This document shows, one piece after another, positions 53,647 to 64,000 of a DNA stretch of 64,000 nucleotides. The notes under the pieces are model-generated. The model ran no database searches. It was not told the origin of the DNA and saw nothing but the letters and a program-made list of their open reading frames with translations. The DNA comes from Mizuhopecten yessoensis (lineage: Eukaryota): contig NW_018408154.1 of the NCBI RefSeq assembly GCF_002113885.1, positions 808,297 through 872,296 of the forward strand. Direction: 5' to 3'. The stretch's first letter is position 1. Every line of letters starts with the position of its first letter. A program made the position numbers and the translations under genes.

Positions 53647-53992
53647 AACAGAGAGACGAGACATATCTTAGTCTTCATGCTGAATGTTATTTAGATGTTG
53701 ATTTAACAAAGAGACGAGATATATCTAAGTCTTCATGATGAATGTTATTTAGATGTTGATTTAACAAAGAGACGAGACATATCTAAGTCTTCATGATGAA
53801 TGTTATTTAGATGGCGATTTAACAAAGAGACGAGACATATCTAAGTCTTCATGCTGAATGTTATTTAGATGGCGATTTAACAAAGAGACGAGACATATCT
53901 TAGTCTTCATGATGAATGTTATTTAGATGTTGATTTAACAAAGAGACGAGAAATATCTAAGTCTCCATGCTGAATGTAGTTTAGATGGAGAT
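53647..53992. repeat. 58-bp tandem repeat, about 6 copies
   Basis: Unit AACAAAGAGACGAGACATATCTAAGTCTTCATGATGAATGTTATTTAGATGTTGATTT. Confidence 0.92.
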
Positions 53993-55019
53993 TTTCGGAC
54001 AGATGTATTATAGAAATGGAAACATATATGATTTGATAGGATTCAAATAGAATTTCTGTTAACATTAATGAGCTGAATTATTGCTATATAAAAAGTATAT
54101 CGTGTTACTATTTACAATATTTTACCTAGCTTCCTTAAATATATTTCTATCATCCTACATTTTACAAAACACACGTAATTACACAAAATATCAAATAATG
54201 TCACACTTTGTTTAAATTGTTAACTTTTTACAAAAATTCTGAGCCATTTCCCCGGTAGACAGGTTGACGTTTGTAGTTATGACACATTGGAAATCTTTTG
54301 TACTAGTAACAACAAATCTGCGAAATACTGTGTAAAAATATCAATCCCACAGCCTGGCGGAATCTCCAGTAACAGATGGCTATATCTTTGACCGTGATAA
54401 ACCTGTTTTTAGAGGTGTTTGACCTCTTCACCTTAGTGATTTCAACATTATACACAGGTTGATGGAGCCAGTTAGCAATACAAACAGATCACACATTCCA
54501 CGTAATTATACTCTTTAAGAGAGTTTCAAACAAATCTAAGTTGGTCCACAAACAAGTCATAAAATGTAAAGATCTGTTTGTGCACAGTGATTATCTGTTT
54601 GGAACAAAATGAAAAAAACCGTGAAACATGACATAGACATGTACAATCAATTAATATGATAAAAATAATTCATCTCTTTACATTTTGCATATACTTTCTT
54701 AATCATCTGATATGTTGAAATGTGTTACAAAAATCCATGTAACAAATATACAAGTTCCTGATACACAGAAAACCACCTGGTATTTTCAATAATTCTGTAT
54801 ATATATCAACATCGTTAGCTTGTATGGGGACTTGTGATATTGGGATATAAATTCATCTTCTAAAATGTTGCACCCTTTTAGGCAGGAAGATAAATATTTT
54901 TAGGACACATCCCACGATCTCTTGCAACAAAAAGTCATTGATGAATCATAAAGGAAACTTCGTTCTCATGATACCATCAGATTGGCATGTAAGCATGGTA
55001 CAACACATCTGCCATGATC

Positions 55020-55340
55020 AACTCCCAAGGATTTTGTCTTAACATACTCGAGGTTGTGGCAAGGATTTTGTCCTGGTATACTCCAGAGGGTCAAGAAGAC
55101 TTTGTCGTAAATACTCGAGATAGTCAAAGGGATTTTGTCCTTATATACTCCAGAGGGCCACAAAGACTTTGTCGTAAATACTCGAGTTTGTCACAGGGTT
55201 TTTGTCCTAATATGCTCAAGAGACGAAATATCTTCTTTACCACGCGTTTGTCAGGATAATATGAAAGCGAGGGTCAGGAAGACTTTGTCGTAAATGCTTG
55301 AGATAGTCACAGGGACTTTTCCTAATATAATCAAGATGGT
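55020..55340. repeat. Degenerate repeat of about 33/67 bp
   Basis: Recurring GATTTTGTCC..ATACTC and GACTTTGTCGTAAATACTCGAG blocks. Confidence 0.65.
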
Positions 55341-55571
55341 ATACACATACGGAGGAATCATCATGGGTAACTGTGAAATGGATAAAAGAATTCTTCAGTT
55401 ATTTCATTGGCCGTTGAAAACAAGAGCTTAACTTCTTTTTAATAGCTGTTTTTGTCACAAAAGGTGTAAATCCGAGCGAAGCAGCTTATTAAACCTCGTA
55501 GTCCTTTCTGTATTTTATCCACCTCCTAATTTCTAAGCAACCCAATATGTGTATCCAGTGTGATATTGAGC

Positions 55572-58500
55572 TTATTCTGAGTCCTCATACTGGTTGTACA
55601 TATCAGCCAGCTTGGCAAACTTTGGGCCCCAGCTGTTGAGGTAATCGTAGTCCTGGTCGCCGCCACTTGAAGATGTGTTGAGAGAACTTAGAGAGCCTGC
55701 AGAGCTACCAGCTCCTTCATAGTTCAGTTCCATTACTGTGTCATATGGAGGAGCACCTGGATCCTCATCAGCGTCACCTAGGCGATCACCAATAAACTCT
55801 CCAATACCGGGACCTTGTGGAGGACCAGCTGTAAGAAGAAAATATATATTTAAGACATCTTGTTATATAATTATATTTTTATTTACAAAATAGGCTTATA
55901 CAACTCTGAAACAAGAGCAGGGGAGAAATGTCTGTTCTTTATTTCACTATCCAAAGAAATAAACCATATACATGCACCCCAATACATTATAAAATATATG
56001 ATTGTATCAGGATTAATTGCCCCTCTTTGCCTGTATTTGAAAAATTCAAAACTTCATTTCTACATAGAAATGAACTCTCTTTGTCCATGTTCAAGTCATA
56101 ATTTACAAGTAAAACTAAAAGAACTCTTGAGTGATAAAGAAAAATGGACGGATTTAGCTCAAATTTAGACTTGGATTTTGGTTTTGGTATAGTATAAATA
56201 TTGAACAAATTTCATTAGAATTCAGTGATATTTATAGCTAATTATGTACAGATTTCCTCCTCTTTGAACAAATTAGCTTTAACAGTTTTGTAGTATACAT
56301 GCCAACCCAATTAACATTCCACACCATAAGGCATTCATCAACATTTTTTGAGGTTTAAATTCTTTTTATAAAGTGTAAGGTAGCAGATAACCCAATTAAT
56401 TTAATTATTATCAGCAGATGTTTACAATTATTAATGTTATCAGAAGATGTTTACAATCATTAATGTTATCAGTAGATGTTTACAATTTTTAATGGTATCA
56501 GTAGATGTTTACAATTATTAATGTTATCAGTAGATGTTTACAATTATTAATGTTATCAGAAGATGTTTACAATTATAAATGTTATCAGAAGATGTTTACA
56601 ATTATAAATGTTATCAGTTGATGTTTACAATTATTAATGTTATCAGTAGATGTTTATAATTATTAATGTTATCAGTAGATGTTTACAATTATTAATGTTA
56701 TCAGTAGATGTTTACAATTATTAATGTTATCAGAAGATGTTTACAATTATAAATGTTATCAGTTGATGTTTACAATTATTAATGTTATCAGTAGATGTTT
56801 ATAATTATTAATGTTATCAGTAGATGTTTATAATTTTTAATGGTATCAGTAGATGTTTACAATTTTTAATGGTATCAGTAGATGTTAACAATTATTAATG
56901 TTATCAGTAAATGTTTACAATTATTAATGTTATCAGTAGATGTTTACATTTATTAATGTTATCAGTTGATGTTTACAATTATTAATATTATCAGTTGATG
57001 TTTACAATTATCAATGTTATCAGTAGATGTTTAAAATGATTAATGTTATCAGTAGATGTTAATAATTATTAATATTATCAGTAGATGTTTACATTTATTA
57101 ATGTTATCAGCAGATGTTTACAATTATTAATGTTACCAGAAGATGTTTACAATTATTAATGTTATCAGTAGATGTTTATAATTATTAATGTTATCAGTTG
57201 ATGTTTACATTTATTAATGTTACCAGTAGATGTTTACAATTATTAATGTTATCAGTTGATGTGTACAATTATTTATGTTATCAGTAGATGTTTACAATTA
57301 TTAATGTTAGCAGTAGATGTTTATAATTATTAATGTTATCAGTAGATGTTTACAATTATTAATAGTTCATTATCTTGAATAATTTCTGCTGCGTTAAATG
57401 TTTTTTTAACGCCTCTACATGAATGAAGTGTTGACAGGCTCTGGTGTTGATGTTGAGTACTTACATTTCACTGGTCTCTCATTCTCCATGTTCATGAGTG
57501 GTTTATCTACTTTGGACATGTCCATGGGCTTGCGAAGTCTGTTGAGGTCGTATCCCTCATGGTCTTCTTCACCTGGTACCGAAACATACATTCATTATTT
57601 TCATCAATGTTTATTGTCAGCAGATTCATTGTCATCAGATTACCAACTTAGGGGCAGTGATCATTCATGTCTGAATGTTTTAGTTTTATATGGAAAATAC
57701 AAATCAGTGCAGTGTTAAATTTGTTCTATTGAGAATGCAAGGTATTTCAGTATCATGGCAGGAGATAACATTCTCCCCAATGTCCTTTAGACTTACTTGT
57801 ACATTCCTTGTTATAAGACATGATTTTACCCAATCAGACTTACCTGTATGTCCCTCGTTATAAGACATGATATTACCCAATGTCCCTCAGACTTACCTGT
57901 ATGTCCCTCGTAATAAGACATGATATTACCCAATGTCCCACAGACTTAACTGTATGTCCCTCGTAATAAGACATGATATTACCCAATGTCCCTCAGACTT
58001 ACCTGCACCTTCCTCGTCATAAGCCACAATGTTCTCCCTGATGTCGTAATCCTCTTTCTCGTCCTCCACCAGATTAGCCATGTCATCATTGTTGACACAA
58101 CGCCTGTACAGCAGTACCACAAGAAACGCGATGATCAGAACTGAAAAAAGAAAATCATTTTGTTATGAAAGCAAGTTGTATGAGAAGCCTCTGGTAACAG
58201 CTCACTTGGATCAAGGTCATTCATCTGTACAAACATGATAACACACTAGAAGGCTATATGTGAAATATCATTACTACGCCTCTGTTCAGTTTCCGTAAAG
58301 ATTTTGTGATGTCTTTGAACACGTTGGCACCTGTGACCTTCAAATCAGGTTTATATCATGTACTGACTTGAACAGTGTTGATATTGTTTTATCCTTGTAA
58401 GTGACAGGACAAATGTAACAAATCCAGGCCTAACAGTTCTGTAGAAGTAATTTAAAATCTTAACTCATTTGAAAATGAGATCGCAAAAGTGGATCAAGGT

Positions 58501-61500
58501 TATTTATTTTTACAGTTTTCCTAGCTCTACACCACAGGTAAGATATTCTGAATCTTGAACTTAAAAGTTCTATTTTATAAAAAGATATAAAGAAAAATGT
58601 TGATGAAGGGGTCATGTCAGGTTAGCTGAACATTACTTATGACAGAATAGATGAATAAAAGTACTATGATTAAAATACTGGTAATACTGGGGGTTTTCTT
58701 TGAAAATTTTCTGAATAACTCTTACCAAGAACCACAGCAATTATGATACCAGCAATAACTCCAGCCCCGATACCGCCAGCTGGTACCACCTCAACAACGG
58801 CAAGCTGGTTACATCGCTTGCCCTTCCAACCCTCAGGACAGTTGCAGATGTAGGTACCATTGCCATTTTGACAGGTGGCAGAGCCGAGACACGGATTGTC
58901 TCGACAGTAGTTGATATCTACACACGCACTGTTCACCTCCTCCTTCCCGACAGGACATCTGTAACACACGGATCATAGACATCTCACAAAAAACAGCTAT
59001 ATCCATTCTTCTATTTTACATTAATTTATATAAAAACGAATAGCTTTACTAATCTCAAATGTTATTAACCCTTTCACCATTGTAGACCATAATGAACTCA
59101 CCCAGATTAATATATAGTAGAATCTACTTAAGTTACCTAGGGGTGAAAGGGTTAAAGGATCCTTGTCCTGCACTGTGTGTTTTTTTCAATATACAGTTAC
59201 CTCCCCTTTTTTCCTGTTTGGATACAACAGTATCACAGTTGGGCCAGGACACTTCTGCTGACCACCGGTTTAATTGGTTAGAGTGATAGTACAATCTGGA
59301 GTCTATTGTTTGAATCCTATTCTAACCCGCTATTTTTTTTTAAATAAGAACACTGTTGTTGATATAGTTTGTATATTTCATCTTCACTATTTCTCATAAA
59401 CCTGCGGCAAGGTACGGTTTCCTTTACTGAAATGATAGTCATGCAAGAAAAAACAGTTTCCAACACTTAGTAACAGTTTCTGTTTTTTCAGTGGGAATCG
59501 TTATTAAGTAGGGCTGTCACAATATATCGGAAAACAAGTATATGCTTCCCACAATCCCTTACAGACATAGCCAAAAGTACTTACACACAAATATATGCTT
59601 CCCACAATCCCTTACAGACATAACCAAAAGTACTTACACACAAGTATAGGCTTCCCACAATCCCTTACAGACATAGCCAAGATTACTTACACACAAGTAT
59701 ATGCTTCCCACAATCACTTACAGACATAGCCAAAAGTACTTACACACAAGTAAATGCTTCCCACAATCCCTTACAGACATAGGCAAGAGTACTTACACAC
59801 AAGTATATGCTTCCCACAATCCCTTACAGACATAGCCAAAAGTACTTACACACAAGTATATGCTTCCCAAAATCCCTTACGAACATAGCCAAAAGTACTT
59901 ACACACAAGCATATGCTTCCCACAATCCCTTACAAACAAAACCAAAAGTACTTACACACAAGTATATGCTTCCCACAATCCCTTACAAACATAGCCAAGA
60001 GTACTTACACACAAGTATAGGCTTCCCACAATCCCTTATAGACATAGCCAAGAGTACTTACACACAAGTATATGCTTCCCACAATCCCTAGCCAAAAGTA
60101 CTTATACACAAGTATATGCTTCCCACAATCCCTTACAAACATAGCCAAGAGGACTTACACACAAGTATAGGCTTCCCACAATCCCTTATAGACATAGCCA
60201 AGAGTACTTACACACAAGTATAGGCTCCCCACAATCCCTTATAGACATAGCCAAGAGTACTTACACACAAGTATATGATTCCCACAATCCCTTACAGACA
60301 TAGCCAAAAGTACTTACACATAAGTATATGCTTCCCACAATCCCTTACAGACATACCCAAAAGTACTTACACACAAGCATATGCTTCCCACAATCCCATA
60401 CAGACATAGCCAAAAGTACTTACACACAAGTATAGGCTTCCCACAATTCCTTACAGACATAGCCAAGAGTACTTACACACAAGTATATGCTTCGCACAAT
60501 CCCTTACAGACATAGCCAAAAGTACTTACACCCAAGTATAGGCTTCCCACAATCCCTTACAAACATAGCCAAAAGTACTTACACACAAGTATATGCTTCC
60601 AACAATCCCTTACAGACATAGCCAAAAGTACTTACACCCAAGTATAGGCTTCCCACAATCCCTTACAAACATAGCCAAAAGTACTTACACACAAGTATAT
60701 GCTTCTCACAATCCCTTACAGACATAGCCAAAAGTACTTACACCCAAGTATAGGCTTCCCACAATCCCTTACAAACATAGCCAAGAGTACTTACACACAA
60801 GTATAGGCTTCCCACAATACCTTACAAACATAGCCAAAAGTACTTACACACAAGTATATGCTTCCCACAATCCCTAGCCAAAAGTACTTATACACAAGTA
60901 TATGCTTCCCACAATCCCTTACAGACATAGCCAAAACTACTTACACACAAGTATATGCTTCCCACAATCCCTTACAGACATACCCAAAAGTACTTACACA
61001 CAAGCATATGCTTCCCACAATCCCTTACAGACATAGCCAAAACTACTTACACACAAGTATATGCTTCCCACAATCCCTTACATACATAGCCAAAAGTACT
61101 TACACACAAGTATAGGCTTCCCACAATCCCTTACAGACATAGCCAGAAGTACATACACACAAGTATATGCTTCCCACAATCCCTAGCCAAAAGTACTTAT
61201 ACACAAGTATATGCTTCCCACAATCCCTTACAAACATAGCCAAAAGTACTTACACACAAGTATATGCTTCTCACAATCCCTTACAGACATAGCCAAAAGT
61301 ACTTACACACAAGCATATGCTTCCCACAATCCCTTACATACATAGCCAAAAGTACTTACACACAAGTATAGGCTTCCCACAATCCCTTACAAATATAGCC
61401 AAGAGCACTTACACACAAGTAAATGGTTCCCACAATCCCTTACAGACATAGCCAAAAGTACTTACACACAAGCATATGCTTCCCACAATCCCTTACAGAC

Positions 61501-63868
61501 ATAGCCAAGAGTACTTACACACAAGTATAGGCTTCCCACAATCCCTTACAGACATAGCCAAAAGGACAGGTCACTCCAACACAGTCGTTACGGACACAGT
61601 TATTTTGAATAGATGTTCGCTTGGCAAGTTTTATATCTGTGTTGGTGTTGGATTCCTGAGTTGTCATGGGGAACCAGGCCATCTCCATCCGAATGTCATT
61701 GTAACAGGCTGCAACACAATATTTAATGTCAATATTAGCCGACACTCTACCTCTCTATCCGAATGTCATTGTAACAGGCTGCAACACAATATTAAATGTC
61801 AATATTAGCCGACACTCTACATCTCCATTGGTTTGATCATAGTCACGTGGAGGTCAGTGATTTGTGATATTGATCCAATGTTACTATTTTTTATACAGCA
61901 GGTCGATATTTACTTCATAATGTCATTTCAATGGTAACATTACAATGCTCTCTACCAAATACATTGTTTTCCTCGGCGATTTTTATATGTTTCATCTTAT
62001 TTCATGATTAAAACATTTTTTTAGCATCTAGCTAGTATAAAAATTAAAGACTTTAATCTCGGTGAATATGTGATCGTTATATGGACCTGAGAAAGTGATA
62101 TTTACCTGTTGACCTTGTCTCGGTCAATATTACTTTCTCACATCCATATAACCACATATTTACCATAACAAAAGTTCAGAATTTACCATTATTTACCATA
62201 TTCTTTCACCAAAACAATCTACGATTAATTTTATGCTAATTATCAATAAAAATCTAGGATAGGTTCAACTGTTTAAAGAAACATACCCAGTGACAATTGA
62301 TAAATAAAAGTAAGTGACATATAAATCTGACGACTGCATAAATTATGAAATTCACCTGGGAGAAAAGTTACTACTCACAGCTGTTAAAGTCCCTGCTACC
62401 ATATGTTCCAGTTGTAGCCGAGCTGTCCGCATAGTTTACTTCTGCTCCAGCGTAGATCTGCCTTTGTAACAAAGTTATCTCCCCTTGACCATTTGCTGGA
62501 CCATGTGTTGTGACATAGTAAGGTCCCTCCCCTCCATCCATCATCATTACAAAGCTTCTGCTGATACGTGTGATGGTAACTCTGTGCCACTGACCATCAC
62601 TGGCTCTTATGCCTGGCATGGCCAGAGATCCTTGGTCTCCACCAAGGTTATAGTCCAATAACAGCTCGTTATACATGATCTGGGGAAATTAAACAGATAA
62701 TTTCTAAATAAACTGGCATCACAAACAAGGGCTTTCCCACCCTGTTAACAGTACCTAGTTACATATCACACTTCTAACTTCATTTTCTGATAATGAATTG
62801 AATTGTATCTTGACCAATGCCAATTCAAAGAAATATTTAGCAAATTCAAGTACTTTTTTGAGACACACCTTATTCAAGGAGGTTTTGAGCACTAAACTCA
62901 ACTCCAGGTCTTTTTATGGCCTGTAGTTCACAGCATTTATCGGATAACCTTATCTACTAAAAACTTTTAAATATTTTCATCTCACAGATCGACACTTACC
63001 TGTAATCTGATAAACTTGCCAGCATCGGACGAGGACATGTGGAACAGGACTCCCTCCTGATCCCTGGACCGATACATCAGCTTCAGCTTGGTCTCTGTCA
63101 CTGACAGCTGATTGGCAAAAGAGCTAACCAACGACCATTCCATAAAACTATTGACACCAAAATCAACAATGGTGGTGGCTGAAACAAAACAAATTAAAAA
63201 GTTATAATTGTTGATTTACATATAATATTTTTCTTTTTTTTCAAAACTTACAACTCATACCTTTACTTAATATTGCAATGTACAGTAGAATAATAAAAGT
63301 TTAAAAATATTACAAGACAATCAAAAACATGGGTTACACCATATGGATGTACAGCAGAACTAACTTAGAAACCATGAAAAGGCTGGTCACTTCATAAACT
63401 TAGCTAAGAAATATTAATCTCATCTCACCAACAATATTTTACTACAGCTCCAAACATTTGACTGAAGCCTCAACTGTAACCATGGTGATTTCAGTGTAAG
63501 TTTTCATACTTGGCAAATCTAAAAATGTCTTAAGGTACAATGACCCCGATTGGAAAAAATAGTTGTGTAAAACGCCTGAGTTTAAACTAATCTTCAATTA
63601 ATTGGTTAATTTGAACAAAAGCAAGATGTAAAATATTCTAGAGTAGAGGCATGGGAGGAAGGAGTTCTTTAGCAATATTTGTACCTGTATCACAGTTGCT
63701 GCCTCTGTAGCCTGCATCACAGATACACTCTGTTGTCTTGGGGGTAGTGGAAATATCAGTGACGCGACACTCTCCATTGTCACCACATTTGTTACCGCAG
63801 GCCTGGTCTTCTTCGGGACAGCTGTCTGTGGTCCCCGCGTATATACCTCCAGTGTGAAGGTCATACAG
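55572..63868 (-). CDS. CadN: Type-III (neural-cadherin/DN-cadherin-like) classical cadherin, 3' part (8 exons; continues beyond the window)
   Basis: Exons (minus): 63685-63868, 63000-63178, 62379-62679, 61519-61708, 58726-58958, 58003-58140, 57465-57572, 55572-55828; GT-AG and phase-consistent. They encode LYDL (end of LamG1)-EGF-LamG (YRSR..DGQWHRV)[26 protein letters not shown] (p120 site)-[40 protein letters not shown] (beta-catenin site). The symbol is a family-level assignment. Confidence 0.93.
56405..57362. repeat. 29-bp AT-rich minisatellite, about 33 copies (last cadherin intron)
   Basis: Unit ATTATTAATGTTATCAGTAGATGTTTACA. Confidence 0.95.
57774..58033 (-). repeat. 53-bp minisatellite (5 copies) spanning the donor of the cadherin juxtamembrane exon
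   Basis: Plus-strand unit ACCCAATGTCCCTCAGACTTACCTGTATGTCCCTCGTAATAAGACATGATATT aligns with the exon copy ..ACTTACCTGCACCTTCCTCGTCATAAGCCACAATGTT. Confidence 0.9.
59065..59155. mobile_element. 83-bp TTAA-MITE, copy 4 (reverse orientation)
   Basis: TTAA CCCTTTCACC..GGTGAAAGGG TTAA. Confidence 0.85.
59534..61563 (-). repeat. 53-bp minisatellite (about 38 copies) spanning the donor of cadherin exon 61519-61708
   Basis: Minus-strand unit TTTTGGCTATGTCTGTAAGGGATTGTGGGAAGCMTATACTTGTGT|GTAAGTAC = 45 nt of exon plus 8 nt of intron. Confidence 0.96.
61680..61828 (-). repeat. 70-bp tandem duplication of the acceptor of cadherin exon 61519-61708
   Basis: Copies 61687-61756 and 61757-61826, bounded by CATCTCCAT microhomology at 61680 and 61820. 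Confidence 0.92.
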
Positions 63869-64000
63869 CTGTACAAATACAATAGTCAAGGTCATGAACA
63901 ATACAATTCAGTATGGCCATATAACAATGCCTCATAAAAATCTGTTTAATCAAATGTGAGAACAGCATTTTCTTTTTTCGGATGTGCGATGAATGTCAAT

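Noticed and set aside
56405-57362. 29-bp array as another splice-junction repeat
   Set aside because: It starts about 100 bp from the donor and contains no exon sequence. Likewise the arrays at 14643, 16527 and 31490 are not junction-anchored.
59807-61808. Plus-strand ORFs [11 protein letters not shown]..
   Set aside because: Antisense translations of the 53-bp array and the cadherin exon.

Overview
Eukaryotic, AT-rich, repeat-dense window. The repeat types (V-type SINE, Helentron-like elements, TTAA MITEs) and the cadherin architecture suggest a bivalve or other mollusc; this is inference. Bases 1-12,200 are a transposon graveyard: a decayed minus-strand Ty3/Gypsy LTR element with at least five nested insertions, a tRNA-like repeat, and a near full-length L2 LINE. 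Bases 12,429-47,661 (+) hold a complete MYBBP1A/Pol5-like gene that I reconstructed by hand as 36 GT-AG exons with consistent phases (about 1212 aa). Bases 55,572-63,868 (-) hold the last 8 exons of a convergent type-III (DN-cadherin-like) classical cadherin. The most striking pattern is that many intronic minisatellites in both genes are copies of an exon-intron junction. Each unit carries part of the exon plus its splice site, giving up to about 37 decoy donors or acceptors next to the real one, in what looks like an age series. One old array has become a chain of CAG|GTAAG recursive-splice-like sites. Also notable are six TTAA MITEs that all span exactly 91 bp (83 bp plus two TTAA) despite divergent interiors. 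All coordinates were read by hand and no database searches were run.
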